A stretch of DNA of 64,000 nucleotides from Saccharospirillum sp. (lineage in GTDB: Bacteria > Pseudomonadota > Gammaproteobacteria > Pseudomonadales > Natronospirillaceae): contig JAGYIL010000004.1 in NCBI GenBank assembly GCA_018402545.1, positions 224,422 to 288,421 on the forward strand, written 5' to 3'. Below, piece by piece: positions 9,432 to 19,516 of the stretch. Position 1 is the first letter of the stretch, and every line of letters begins with the position of its first letter. The position numbers and the translations under genes were made by a program. A model generated the notes under the pieces. That model searched no databases. It worked only from the letters and a program-made list of their open reading frames with translations, and had not been told where the DNA came from.

Positions 9432-10118
9432 TCACACCACGCCGTAACGCGCCCGGTAGGCTTCAACGGCGGCCAGGTGCCGGGTGAAATCGGGCTGGGT
9501 GGCAACGTAGTCTATGACCTGGCTGAAGGTGATCACCGGAATGATGGGCAAGCCAAACTCGGCTTCAAGCGCCTGAATGGCCGACCGCTCTTCGCCAGGT
9601 GCTTTTTCCTGACGGTCCATGGCTACCACCGCACCGGCCAGTTGCGCCTTCGGGAACTGTTGCATCAGTGCCTGAACTTCCCGTATTGCGGTTCCGGCGG
9701 TAATGACATCATCGACAATGACGATGCGCCCTTCCAGCGGCGCTCCGACAATCTGGCCGCCCTCGCCGTGGTCTTTGGCTTCTTTGCGATTGAAGGCGTA
9801 GGGAACGTTGCGTTCATGGTCGCGCTGCAATGCCACGACCGTGGTGGTGGCCAGGGGGATGCCTTTATAGGCAGGGCCGAACACCAGGTCGAAATCGAGC
9901 CCGGAACTGACCAGCGCCCGTGCATAGACCTGGCCCAGCCGGCTCAGTGCCTCGCCGGTCTGGAATTGGCCGGCGTTAAAAAAATAGGGGCTGACACGGC
10001 CCGATTTCAGCGTAAATTCACCAAAGGTCAGGGCGCCGGCATCGATGGCGAAGCGGATGAAATCTTGTTGCCATTGAGCGGTCGAGGCTGTACTTCCGGT
10101 CGAAAATGGTCTATCCAT
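9432..10118 (-). CDS. pyrE: orotate phosphoribosyltransferase
   Basis: Start at MDRPF (ATG complement 10116-10118). The upstream 113 codons of the track ORF cross an AT-rich promoter region. PRPP motif [30 protein letters not shown]. Confidence 0.95.
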   Translation of the reverse strand: MDRPFSTGSTASTAQWQQDFIRFAIDAGALTFGEFTLKSGRVSPYFFNAGQFQTGEALSRLGQVYARALVSSGLDFDLVFGPAYKGIPLATTTVVALQRDHERNVPYAFNRKEAKDHGEGGQIVGAPLEGRIVIVDDVITAGTAIREVQALMQQFPKAQLAGAVVAMDRQEKAPGEERSAIQALEAEFGLPIIPVITFSQVIDYVATQPDFTRHLAAVEAYRARYGVV

Positions 10119-10443
10119 GGTGTTAGGCCCTTGTATCGGCTGATCTCGAACGAGGCCCGGTCGGACCTGCTGGCGAGAGGCTTTGGACTCCCGCTGGGCG
10201 CGGCAGTATAGCGGAAAGGCGGTTTCGTTTAAAAAGCAGAATGACAGAACGCACAAAAAATAAAAAAAGTTATCCCCGGGGCACCGGGACAGGTTCGATG
10301 CCGATTGCATACGGCGGTTTTGCCCCAACAAAAGGTAAAAGCCGGAAAAACCTTTAAAATCAGTGACGCGATCGCCGTTCAAAGCCGTGACAGTGCGGGT
10401 TTGCGCCGATATGATACGCGCGCTTGTTGACTGGATAGACAGG

Positions 10444-11205
10444 ATGAAAGTCGTCACCCTTAATGTAAATGGCCTGGTGAACGCTGCCCAGCGCGGTTTT
10501 TTCGAATGGTTGGAAAAACTGGATGCGGATGTGGTGTGTGTTCAGGAGGTCCGTGCCAAGGAATATCAGTTGCCCGAGGCGTTTCTCGACGTGCCGGGCT
10601 ACCATGCCTTTTTCTTCGATGCCGAGGAAGACGGCTACTCTGGTACTGCCATCTATAGCCGGGTTATGCCCAAAGCCATTATTCGCGGGCTGGGCTCGCC
10701 GCAATGGGATCTGGAAGGCCGTTTTATACAGGCCGATTTCAATAACGTGAGCATCGCGTCCATTGCCGTGCCCTACGCTCAGACTGAAGACGAGATTGAA
10801 CACAAGCTGGCCTTTCTGGAGGTGTTGCAGCAGCACATGAAGAAAACCCGGCGCAAGCGTCGCGAGTTTATCTTTGCGGGCAGCTATCAGATCGCTCATC
10901 GGTCAATCGATCTTGGCAACTGGGAAACCCATCAGCGTGAATCGGGCTTTTTACCCGAAGAACGCGCCTGGATGGACCAGGTAACCGGCCCCATCGGCTT
11001 TGTCGATGCCTTCCGCCTGATGAACCGCAAGGATCGCCAGCACACCTGGTGGCCCTTCGATGAAGCCCAGGCCAACGGCATGCGACTCGACTACCAGATG
11101 ATCACCCCCAATATTGCTGATTTTGTGCTGGACGTCGGCATTCTGCGCGAGCCACGAATTTCGCCGCACCTGCCAGTGGTCATCGAATACGACATCGATT
11201 TTTAG
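10444..11205 (+). CDS. crc: Crc-type (catabolite repression control) ExoIII-fold protein, nuclease catalytic residues lost
   Basis: Start at [10 protein letters not shown] (ATG 10444). Collinear with ExoIII, but the catalytic GDMN is AGSYQ and SDH is SPH. Shares [20 protein letters not shown] and [11 protein letters not shown] with Pseudomonas Crc. Divergent from pyrE as in Pseudomonas. Confidence 0.7.
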   Translation: MKVVTLNVNGLVNAAQRGFFEWLEKLDADVVCVQEVRAKEYQLPEAFLDVPGYHAFFFDAEEDGYSGTAIYSRVMPKAIIRGLGSPQWDLEGRFIQADFNNVSIASIAVPYAQTEDEIEHKLAFLEVLQQHMKKTRRKRREFIFAGSYQIAHRSIDLGNWETHQRESGFLPEERAWMDQVTGPIGFVDAFRLMNRKDRQHTWWPFDEAQANGMRLDYQMITPNIADFVLDVGILREPRISPHLPVVIEYDIDF

Positions 11206-11230
11206 ACCATTTAAAGATCAAACCCCATTA

Positions 11231-11254
11231 AGCCCGCTGACGCGGGCTTTTTTA
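11231..11254 (+). terminator. rho-independent terminator after crc
   Basis: agcccgc-tgac-gcgggct followed by TTTTTT. Confidence 0.8.
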
Positions 11255-11276
11255 TTTTGCCTTCTAGCCGGTCGTA

Positions 11277-11390
11277 CGCGCTGGCGACCGGGTATGCCTA
11301 TCCGGGGTCGGCGTATATCCGTCCATGGAGCCTAGACCGCAGCATCCCTGCTGTGGACTACCCCGGATAGGCATACCCGGCAGCCAGCGC
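11277..11390 (-). repeat. structured intergenic repeat, copy B (core type)
   Basis: 30-bp stem 11278-11307 / 11361-11390 around the conserved core. Lies just downstream of the comM stop. Confidence 0.75.
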
Positions 11391-11428
11391 TTGGGCTGTG
11401 GTTAAATCAACAATTCACCCTCTACTCG

Positions 11429-12925
11429 TCACACTCGCATCAATTTTTCCAGCTGCCTGCAATTGAGCGCTTCAATTAAATCGGTGCGCTCCAGTGTCGG
11501 GCGGCCGTTCAGGTCGGCCAGGGTGCGGGCTACTTTGAGTACGCGGTGGTAGGCGCGGGCGCTGAGCCCGAGTTTGTCCAGTGCCGAGTCGAGCAGGGTT
11601 TGTTCGGCCTGGCCCAACTGGCAGGCTTGTTCCAACTGCTTGCCGGACAATTCCGCATTGGCGCAGCCCTGGCGGTCCAGTTGGCAGGCCCAGGCCTGTT
11701 CTACCCGGGCGCGTACGTCGGCGCTGGATTCCTCTTCGGTATTGCGGGTTAGCAGTGCCTTGGGCAGGGCCGGCACTTCGATGTGCAGGTCGATGCGGTC
11801 CAGAAAGGGGCCCGACAGGCGGGCCAGATAGCGTTGCATTTGCTCGCGAGTATAGCGTTGCGAGCGCGGGTCGTCCGGACTGTAGCCGCCCGGTGTAGGG
11901 TTCATAGCGGCGACTAGCTGAAAGCGGGCCGGGAAGCTGGTTTGGCGCGCAGCCCGCGCGATGTGCACTTCACCGCTTTCCATGGGTTCGCGCAACACGT
12001 CGAGCACCGTGCGCGGGAATTCGGCCAGTTCGTCCAGAAACAGCACACCCCGGTGCGCCAGGGTGACTTCGCCGGGTCGTGGAATGGAGCCGCCGCCAAT
12101 CAGCGCGACGCCCGATGCAGTGTGGTGAGGCGAGCGAAACGGACGTTGACCCCAGTTCAGGGGCAGGCCGCAGATGCTTTGCACGCTGGCGACTTCCAGC
12201 GCTTCGCGTTCGCTCAAAGCGGGTAACAAGCCAGGCAGGCGCGAGGCGAGCAGGGTTTTGCCGGTGCCCGGTGGGCCGAAGAATAGTAAGTTGTGGCGTC
12301 CGGCGGCGGCGATTTCGAGCGCGCGCTTGGCGCTGTGCTGGCCTTTGACATCGGCCAGGTCGGGTTGCGGCAGCCTTTCGCTGGCGGGCTCGTACTGGGC
12401 CTGCGGCAGGGGCTTCTGGCCACTGAAATGGCTGGTGACCTGCAGCAGGTGTTCGCCGTAACGGACGTCGCTGTCGCTGGCCAGTGCGGCCTCGGCGGCG
12501 TTGTCTTTGCTGGTGACCAGGCTGCGCCCGGCGTCGGTGCAGGCGATGGCAGCGGGCAGGGCGCCGGGGCCGGGCCGAAGGTCTCCGGACAGTGCCAGCT
12601 CGCCCAGGAATTCGAATTCCTCGATTTTGTCGGCCGGCAACTGATTGCTGGCGACCAGTATGCCCAGGGCAATGGCGAGGTCGAACTGGGCCCCTTGCTT
12701 GGGCAGGTCGGCCGGACCCATATTGACGGTGATGCGCCGGTCCGGGAAGTCGAACTGGCTGTTGATGATGGCGGAGCGAACCCGGTCGCGTGCTTCCTTG
12801 ACGGCGGTTTCCGGCAGGCCAACCATATTGAAGGCGGGCAGGCCATTCGACAGGTGAACCTCAATGGTAACCAGCGGCGCGTCCATCCCGACGCGGGCCC
12901 GGCTGTACAGGACGGCGAGTGTCAT
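11429..12925 (-). CDS. comM: YifB/ComM family Mg-chelatase-like ATPase
   Basis: 498-aa ORF. N-terminal Lon-like ChlI domain (MTLAVLYSRA...GLPAFNMVGLPE), Walker A FFGPPGTGKT, and an HRVLKVARTLADL C-terminal helix. Confidence 0.9.
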   Translation of the reverse strand: MTLAVLYSRARVGMDAPLVTIEVHLSNGLPAFNMVGLPETAVKEARDRVRSAIINSQFDFPDRRITVNMGPADLPKQGAQFDLAIALGILVASNQLPADKIEEFEFLGELALSGDLRPGPGALPAAIACTDAGRSLVTSKDNAAEAALASDSDVRYGEHLLQVTSHFSGQKPLPQAQYEPASERLPQPDLADVKGQHSAKRALEIAAAGRHNLLFFGPPGTGKTLLASRLPGLLPALSEREALEVASVQSICGLPLNWGQRPFRSPHHTASGVALIGGGSIPRPGEVTLAHRGVLFLDELAEFPRTVLDVLREPMESGEVHIARAARQTSFPARFQLVAAMNPTPGGYSPDDPRSQRYTREQMQRYLARLSGPFLDRIDLHIEVPALPKALLTRNTEEESSADVRARVEQAWACQLDRQGCANAELSGKQLEQACQLGQAEQTLLDSALDKLGLSARAYHRVLKVARTLADLNGRPTLERTDLIEALNCRQLEKLMRV

Positions 12926-13096
12926 CTTCTTCCCTGACTAATAGGCTGAATGGTGTTCGTTGGTCCGAACGCTACGTCAGCCCGGGCGGGTGAGCAAGTC
13001 AGGGTGCCTGGCTCTGTGATCGAGTCGACCTTCATTGGTATGATGACGTCTGTTTTCACTTCAGCGGGTAGTCCACCCCGACGTAAAGGAATTTTT

Positions 13097-13609
13097 GTGA
13101 CCAAACCAATCAAATGGGGGCTGACGGCCGCCGTAACGGGCGCTGTGTTGTTATTGCTGGTTCTCTGGAGTGTTCAGCGCTATCAGGACCGGCTTGAACG
13201 GGAGACCCACGCACCTGAGCGCTTGCAGCAACGGCTGATGGCGGTGCAGGCGGGCGACGGTACCTTGCAGGCAGAGGATCTGGACGAGGCCGGATTGCGG
13301 GCGCAGGAGGAGGCGCGCATCCGCCAGTTGCTGGCACAGGATCTGTCGCAAACGCCGCATCCCGAACCGGACCAGGCGGTGGCGTTGCTGACGCCGGGGG
13401 CCGTCTCGCTGGTGGCAACACAGGACGGGTTGCTCGCAGCGCTGACACGACGTCTGCTCGCCCTGCCGCAGGACGACTGGGTGCGTACTATTGTTGCTGC
13501 CGATCACTGGGAGCTGGCGGTGGGTGACACTTGTCTGACCCTGCGCGATCTTGGCACCGAGGACGCAGACTGGCGCTGGACCTCAATCAGTCGCTGCGAA
13601 ACCGGCTGA
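13097..13609 (+). CDS. hypothetical membrane-anchored protein
   Basis: GTG 13097, preceded by aaagga. One N-terminal TM helix (WGLTAAVTGAVLLLLVLW). No family recognised. Its 3' end overlaps the convergent gene by 23 bp. Confidence 0.4.
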   Translation: MTKPIKWGLTAAVTGAVLLLLVLWSVQRYQDRLERETHAPERLQQRLMAVQAGDGTLQAEDLDEAGLRAQEEARIRQLLAQDLSQTPHPEPDQAVALLTPGAVSLVATQDGLLAALTRRLLALPQDDWVRTIVAADHWELAVGDTCLTLRDLGTEDADWRWTSISRCETG

Positions 13610-14273
13610 TCCGCTCCGATTCCCAGATATCAATCGCCGGGCCGGGTTTGCTGGCTGCCGCGACCATGGCAGCGGCGACCTGGTCGGCCGCTACGGGCCG
13701 GTATTTCAGCAGGGGGCCAGACAGCGCCGGTTTGATCACGGCACCGAATGCTGCCCCCAGGCGCTCCCCGAGCCTGAATTCCTCGCGGTTGCCGAGTAGC
13801 AGCGAGGGTCGCATGATCACCAGGCGATCGAACCCGAGGGCAATCAGCTCCTGCTCGGCTTCGCCTTTGGTGCGCAAATACAGCTGGCGGCTTTGCGGGT
13901 TGGCCCCCAGGCTGGAGACGAACAGACAGTTGCGAACGCCCAGATCCCGTGCCCAGTGTGCGGTATTGACCACCAGGTCACGGTCGAGTGCGACAAAGGC
14001 GTCGGGCGAGCCTGCTTTTTTAAGCGTAGTCCCCAGCGCGCAAAACAGAGTGCCGCCCTGCAGATCCATGGCCGAGGCATCGGGCCAGGTTACAAAGTCG
14101 GTGTTTACCCAGTGCAAATGGGGCTGGCGTTGGGGCTGGGGCCGGCGCGTCAGCAGCCAGACCGGGTCGAAAAGCGCCGGTGTCAGATGGCGCTGCAGGG
14201 CGTTGCCGACCAGGCCTGTGCCGCCCACCACCAGCGCTGTTGTCGGGTGCTGTCCTTTGCTGGCGCCACTCAT
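13587..14273 (-). CDS. NAD(P)H-binding Rossmann-fold oxidoreductase (atypical SDR, HTATIP2/YraR-like)
   Basis: 228-aa ORF. VVGGTGLVGNAL dinucleotide motif and YLRTKGEAE. ATGA overlap with the upstream FIST-EAL gene. Confidence 0.75.
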   Translation of the reverse strand: MSGASKGQHPTTALVVGGTGLVGNALQRHLTPALFDPVWLLTRRPQPQRQPHLHWVNTDFVTWPDASAMDLQGGTLFCALGTTLKKAGSPDAFVALDRDLVVNTAHWARDLGVRNCLFVSSLGANPQSRQLYLRTKGEAEQELIALGFDRLVIMRPSLLLGNREEFRLGERLGAAFGAVIKPALSGPLLKYRPVAADQVAAAMVAAASKPGPAIDIWESERISRFRSD

Positions 14274-16858
14274 GCCAGACTCTCCTCGTAGTCGGTTCCC
14301 GGTTGTTTTAGTTTATGCACATTGAAGGTGTCGGCCGGTTCCGGCTGGGCCAGATAGAACCCCTGGAAGAAGTCCACGCCCATGCCCATGAGTATCGACA
14401 TGGTGGCTTCATCGTGCACGTGTTCGGCCACGGTGCGAATGTGCAGATCCTGACACAGCTGCACCACCCGCTTGACCAGGATGCGGTTGACCTCGCTGTC
14501 GACCAGGTGGCGGATCAGGCTGCCATCGAGTTTGATCCAGTCCGGCTTTAACCGCATCACCCGTTCCAGATTAGAGTAGGCACTGCCGAAATCGTCAATC
14601 GCCAGTTTGCAGCCGAGTCGTCGCAGTTCATGCAAGGTGTAGGTGAAGCGGTCGAAATCGCGCAGACTGTCCGATTCTACGATCTCCAACGTCACCCGAT
14701 CGGCGTCAACGCGCCCCTTTAACCAGTATTTTAGACGGTCTATCAGGGCCTCGTTGGCCAGGTCACGGGCGGTAAAATTCAGAGTGAAGCCAACATTATG
14801 TGGTTTCATCAGGCGGAAGGTTTCGTCGATCATCACCATCGACAGGCGCGGGTAAAGCTGTGTCGGTTTGACCAGATCGAGGAAGCTGGCCGGGCTGTAA
14901 ATAACGCCTTCGTGGCGCACCCGCATCAGCGCCTCGACGTGGTGAACCTGACCCTGGCGATCAAACAGCGGCTGCACATAGGGCAGAATGTCACCACTGC
15001 CAAGCGCTGTGCGAATGCGGCTCAGCCAGATCAGCCCGTCGCGTTTACCCCGGTCGGTTCCCGGCAAATCGATTGCCCGGGCGATGGGGAGTTGGTGCCG
15101 GTAGGCGTGACGCCGTGCTTCGGAGGCCTTGATCAGCAAGTCTTCAGTGCTGTGCGTCATATCTGCAGGCAATTCAGCCCGGTGTGCGGTGCCTGCGGTC
15201 AGCAGGATGGGCAATACGTTCTGCACCACCTTATCACTGAACAGATCCGACTGGTTCTGCATGCGTTCGGTGAGCTGGGCCATGCCTTTGTAGAAACTGT
15301 TCATCGGGCAGGCATCGGGCGCCACAACGAGAAACTCGTTGGGTGAGCCGCGAAACACCAGCGCCGTGGTCGGCAGTAATTCGGTGATGTCGGTTTGGAT
15401 GGAAGCGCTGAGGCTGCGCAGCAGCTGGTCGCCCACGCTGTACCCATAGAGATTGTTGATCTGGCGCAGATTGTTGATCTTGAGACTGCAGACCTGAACG
15501 ATGGGCCAGGGGTCGTCGTCACGCAGGCACTGCAACAGGGCCACCCGGTTGGCCAGCCCGGTAACGCTGTCGGTTTCGAACTTGCGCAGCAGTTCCTGGG
15601 TGGTCCGGCGTATGTCATCTTCCAGGTTGCGGTTGACCTGGTCGAGGTCTTCGACCGAGGCTTGTATTAACCGAAACAGCGGAGCCAGGGCGTGGCGTTC
15701 CAGCACCGGCATGGGGCGCTCCACTGCCGGGTCTTCGGCAATGGCGACCGTAACCAGGCTGTGTTGCAGCAATTGGGTGCGCCCCTTTTCATGCATCAGT
15801 TCGCCATAACAAAAGACCCCGCTGAGCGGGGCCATGGCCTGAAACGGTTGCAGTTCCCGCGCGGTCTCCCGGTGGTCGAAGCGCTGCCGGGAGGCACAAT
15901 TGAAACTTAATATCAGCTCGGGACGCCGCAAGTGCAACGCCTCGGCGCCCCGGTTAACCTGCTCCAGCGTCATTGAGGGGTGGCTGTAGGCAAAGCGAAC
16001 CCGATCTCCCTCCAGCAATGGCGTGCTCATGATCAGGCCGCCATCATCCAGTCGTCGTATCGGGGCGCTCAGGGTGTTCTGTTTGTCGTTGACGCGCATT
16101 AACGGGAAGTTTTCATACTGCACATCCTCGGCGGGGGCCGGGCTGCTCATCCGGTCATCGACCAGGGTCTCGGTCAGGTAGCGCTCATACAATGTCTGCG
16201 CCGATTGCTGGTCGAGTTCATAAAGGGTATTGCCGACGGCTTTGGTGACGCTCCAGGTTCGGCCGATTAAATGCCACTCCGAGTAGGATTGGGTCATGAC
16301 GTCGAGGGTTTCATTGCTTAAGGTGATGGTCAGAGCATGGTGCTGCAGAAATTGACCGTCGGCATAGAGCCATCCCTGTCCATCCATGGAGCAACAACCA
16401 CCAATCAGCGCCAGATTTGGATACTGCCGGTTGACCCAGTGCGTCAGGGCGGGCACGTCACCCTGTTCGGCGCTCATAAAGGTCAGCGCCAGTCGGCTGT
16501 CGGTTCGGCACACCGGGTCAAACAGCCGCTCACCAAGTTCCCGTTCGTCACCTTCCCAGCGCAGGTAGTTCAGGCGCAGGTCGGTTCGTTCAAACGTCAT
16601 GAACTGCAACAGCAAGGCCCGTTCGCGGACTTCCCCGTCGTGTATCAGTTGCGGGCCGTAAGCGCCGGCCACGGTAGCCATGGGCCAAAGCGCCTCTACC
16701 CAGGGCAGGAGGCTGGCAAGCTGGTCCGGTTGTACACTGGAGAAAGCCAGAATGAGCAGGCGAGCGTCGTCCTCAATCGCTTTCTGAAGCGCCGCCAATT
16801 GAGCCAGGCCATCGTCAGTGTCGATTTGAATCAGGAGGGTGTGAATGCTCACTGCCAT
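14270..16858 (-). CDS. FIST - degenerate GGDEF - EAL signalling protein (probable c-di-GMP phosphodiesterase)
   Basis: Start at MAVSIH (ATG complement 16856-16858). FIST_N/FIST_C pattern ending SGVFCYGELMH. GGDEF site degenerate (RGSPNEF). EAL intact (HHVEALMRV, EIVES, DDFGSAYSNL). Confidence 0.85.
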   Translation of the reverse strand: MAVSIHTLLIQIDTDDGLAQLAALQKAIEDDARLLILAFSSVQPDQLASLLPWVEALWPMATVAGAYGPQLIHDGEVRERALLLQFMTFERTDLRLNYLRWEGDERELGERLFDPVCRTDSRLALTFMSAEQGDVPALTHWVNRQYPNLALIGGCCSMDGQGWLYADGQFLQHHALTITLSNETLDVMTQSYSEWHLIGRTWSVTKAVGNTLYELDQQSAQTLYERYLTETLVDDRMSSPAPAEDVQYENFPLMRVNDKQNTLSAPIRRLDDGGLIMSTPLLEGDRVRFAYSHPSMTLEQVNRGAEALHLRRPELILSFNCASRQRFDHRETARELQPFQAMAPLSGVFCYGELMHEKGRTQLLQHSLVTVAIAEDPAVERPMPVLERHALAPLFRLIQASVEDLDQVNRNLEDDIRRTTQELLRKFETDSVTGLANRVALLQCLRDDDPWPIVQVCSLKINNLRQINNLYGYSVGDQLLRSLSASIQTDITELLPTTALVFRGSPNEFLVVAPDACPMNSFYKGMAQLTERMQNQSDLFSDKVVQNVLPILLTAGTAHRAELPADMTHSTEDLLIKASEARRHAYRHQLPIARAIDLPGTDRGKRDGLIWLSRIRTALGSGDILPYVQPLFDRQGQVHHVEALMRVRHEGVIYSPASFLDLVKPTQLYPRLSMVMIDETFRLMKPHNVGFTLNFTARDLANEALIDRLKYWLKGRVDADRVTLEIVESDSLRDFDRFTYTLHELRRLGCKLAIDDFGSAYSNLERVMRLKPDWIKLDGSLIRHLVDSEVNRILVKRVVQLCQDLHIRTVAEHVHDEATMSILMGMGVDFFQGFYLAQPEPADTFNVHKLKQPGTDYEESLA

Positions 16859-17039
16859 ATTTTGGGCAAGTTTGTGATTGAGTTCTCGCAGTTTAGGGTA
16901 AAGCAGCGTTTGAAGGAAACCCCTGCTTCTTGAAACTGAGTCGCAATTGACGTTTTGGCACCCGTTAATTGACGGCGGCGACCGTGACGGTAACCATAAC
17001 GGTCTGAAGTCCATGTGCCGTTGATCACCGAGTGCCGTT

Positions 17040-17426
17040 GTGAAGCCAGTAGACAGCCCCTCTAACGTCCCTGATGACAGGGATGAACCAGCCTTGCCGA
17101 CACAAACATGTCGCCAGCAGGACCCAGCGTCGCCCTGGTGGGTCTATCTGGTTCAATGCCGTGATGGCACCTTTTATACCGGCATCACTACTGACCCGCA
17201 GCGTCGACTGCGCCAGCACAATGGTGAACTGGCCGGGGGTGCCCGCTATACGCGGCCGCGCCGGCCGGTCATCCTCGTTTATCAGGAGCCCTGCCGTGAT
17301 CGCAGTCATGCCGGTCAGCGGGAAGCCGTCGTGCGCAAGCTCAGCCGGTCACGCAAGCAGGCACTCGCAACCTACCCTGATCTGAATAGCTCCAGACCGG
17401 CGTCCCTTGTCACCAGGCTGACATGA
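17040..17426 (+). CDS. GIY-YIG nuclease superfamily protein (UPF0213-like)
   Basis: WWVYLVQCRDGTFYTGITTDPQRRLRQHN matches the GIY-YIG motifs. GTG start is uncertain. Confidence 0.7.
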   Translation: MKPVDSPSNVPDDRDEPALPTQTCRQQDPASPWWVYLVQCRDGTFYTGITTDPQRRLRQHNGELAGGARYTRPRRPVILVYQEPCRDRSHAGQREAVVRKLSRSRKQALATYPDLNSSRPASLVTRLT

Positions 17427-17769
17427 AAGGGGGTTAGCCTCCCTGGCGCTGGCGGGGTTCTTGCCTACACTCTGGGGGCGGCCCGGCACTCTGGTTGCTG
17501 CAACCCAAAAGCACAAGACAGAATGATCGTACGCCACGGCTCTGGCCCGGGGGCGAGTTCCCGACAGGGGATCACCCGAAGGGTCATCCAATGCCGGGGT
17601 TCAGCACTGCATTGGGGCTACAGACTGAATGCTTTGCACCGTTCTGAGGCCTGGTAACAAAGCCGTCATTTTCGGGTTTCGGTTTGCCACAGAACGGGTT
17701 AAAGTGGAATTTCAGGGTTGACCAAAAGGTCAGGTCCTGCCAAAAAAAAGAATGAAAGGAGACTCAAAC

Positions 17770-19332
17770 ATGAAAACGCTAGTACCTGCCTCGCTGGGCT
17801 TGACGGTCGTCCTTCTTAGCGGCTGCGCCATGATGGGTCCGAGCTACGAGCCGGACACCGACTATCAACTGACCATCTTGCATACCAACGATCACCACGG
17901 CCGTTTCTGGCGCAACAGCGACGGTGAATACGGTATGTCGGCCCGTAAGACCCTGATCGACGCCATCCGCGCCGAAGTGGAAGCTGAAGGGGGTGAAGTC
18001 TTGCTGCTGTCCGGTGGTGATATCAATACCGGCGTTCCCGAATCGGATTTGCAAGACGCCGAACCAGACTTCCTGGGCATGGCGATGCTTGAATATGACG
18101 CCATGGCTGTGGGTAACCACGAATTCGACAACCCGCGCGACGTACTGATGAAGCAGGCAGACTGGGCCGGCTTCCCGTTCCTGTCGGCCAACATTGTTTA
18201 TAAAGACAATGGCCGTCACCTGTTCGAGCCCTATGAAATGTTCAACGTTCAGGGCAACCGCGTGGCGGTGGTGGGCTTCACCACCGAAGACACCGTCAAG
18301 ATCGGTAACCCCGAGTACATCGGCGACCTCGATTTCCTGACACCCTCTGTGGTTGCCCAGGATCTGATTCCGGAACTGGACGAGAAATCTGAACTGATCA
18401 TCGCCGTGACCCACATGGGCCACTATGCCAATGGCAACTACGGTGGCAATGCTCCCGGTGACGTGACCCTGGCCCGCAGTGTGGAAGGCATCGACGTGAT
18501 CGTTGGTGGCCACAGCCAGAACCCTTTGTTCGAACCTGATGTGCAGAACGGCACCCTGATCGTGCAGGCGCACGAATGGGGCAAATATGTTGGCCGTCTG
18601 GATCTGACCATTCGCAATGGCGAAATCGCCAGCTACGAATACGACCTGATTCCGGTCAACCTGAAAGAAGATGATCAGCTGCTGCGTCCGGAAATTGCCC
18701 AGAACCTGGAAATGCTGGCCATGCTGGCACCTTACCAGCAAGCCGGCAGTGCCGCTCTGGACACCGTGATTGGCTCTGCTGACGGCGATTTCATCGGCGA
18801 TCGCAGCGTTGTGCGCAACCAGCCCACCAACCTGGGCACCCTGATTGCCCGTGCCCAGCGAGTCAAGGCTCAGGGTGACGTGGCCATCATGAACTCGGGT
18901 GGCATTCGTGCTGACCTGGAAGGTGGCGACATCAGCTACAAAGACGTCCTGACCGTACAGCCGTTTGCCAATGGCCTGGTATACGTCGACTTCAGCGGTG
19001 CTGAATTGCTGGACTACCTGGACGTTGCTGCGTCCAAGCAGGCTGGCAGCGGTGCCTTCGCCCAGTTTGATGGCATTAACCTGCGCATCACCGACGGTGA
19101 AGTGACCCGGGCTATCGTCAACGGTCGTGAAGTAGACCCATCCCAGACCTACCGTCTGGTGGTGAACTCCTTCATGGCCTCGGGCGGTGACGGCTACCCA
19201 CAGATCAACAATCACCCGAACTTCGTGAACACCGGCTTCATTGATGCCGATGTGATTGTCGAATACATCGAAGACAACAGCCCACTGCAGGCGTCGGATT
19301 ACAACCCCGGCTTGTCTGTGGTGCGTCGCTAA
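17770..19332 (+). CDS. ushA: bifunctional 5'-nucleotidase / UDP-sugar hydrolase-like lipoprotein
   Basis: Start at MKTLV (ATG 17770) after aaaggag. Lipobox LLSGC. Calcineurin-like motifs LHTNDHHG, GGDINTG, GNHEFD, plus the C-terminal 5'-nucleotidase domain. Confidence 0.85.
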   Translation: MKTLVPASLGLTVVLLSGCAMMGPSYEPDTDYQLTILHTNDHHGRFWRNSDGEYGMSARKTLIDAIRAEVEAEGGEVLLLSGGDINTGVPESDLQDAEPDFLGMAMLEYDAMAVGNHEFDNPRDVLMKQADWAGFPFLSANIVYKDNGRHLFEPYEMFNVQGNRVAVVGFTTEDTVKIGNPEYIGDLDFLTPSVVAQDLIPELDEKSELIIAVTHMGHYANGNYGGNAPGDVTLARSVEGIDVIVGGHSQNPLFEPDVQNGTLIVQAHEWGKYVGRLDLTIRNGEIASYEYDLIPVNLKEDDQLLRPEIAQNLEMLAMLAPYQQAGSAALDTVIGSADGDFIGDRSVVRNQPTNLGTLIARAQRVKAQGDVAIMNSGGIRADLEGGDISYKDVLTVQPFANGLVYVDFSGAELLDYLDVAASKQAGSGAFAQFDGINLRITDGEVTRAIVNGREVDPSQTYRLVVNSFMASGGDGYPQINNHPNFVNTGFIDADVIVEYIEDNSPLQASDYNPGLSVVRR

Positions 19333-19360
19333 GCGGGTTTAACAACCCAATAGAGACCAG

Positions 19361-19387
19361 GGGCCGCATAATGCGGCCCTTTTTTTA
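19361..19387 (+). terminator. rho-independent terminator after ushA
   Basis: gggccgca-taa-tgcggccc followed by a T7 run. Confidence 0.85.
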
Positions 19388-19516
19388 TTCACTGTTTCCC
19401 GCGCATTTGCCCGTGGCAATTTCCCGGTCTGCTGCTACTATGGCCGCCCTTTTGGTGATGCTACCCGTTTCGGGCGAACACCGACCGTTTTTCACTTGTC
19501 CACCAGGACTCTGCAG

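Noticed and set aside
10119-10457. N-terminal extensions given by the ORF track: pyrE 341 aa, dgt 484 aa, FIST-EAL 914 aa, the GGDEF/EAL gene, the DMT transporter, sdaA, ribD and mdlB.
   Set aside because: The extensions cross promoter or repeat regions or the upstream gene, and have non-protein-like composition. Internal starts with RBS and family-typical N-termini were chosen instead.
17349-17591. An 80-aa minus-strand ORF in the ushA leader region.
   Set aside because: No RBS, Arg/Pro/Gly-rich composition, and overlap with the GIY-YIG gene's 3' end. Treated as non-coding.
17710-17735. SRP (4.5S) RNA-like string ggtcaggtcc upstream of ushA.
   Set aside because: Only a 10-nt coincidence. 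The conserved GGAAGCAGCC domain IV continuation is absent.
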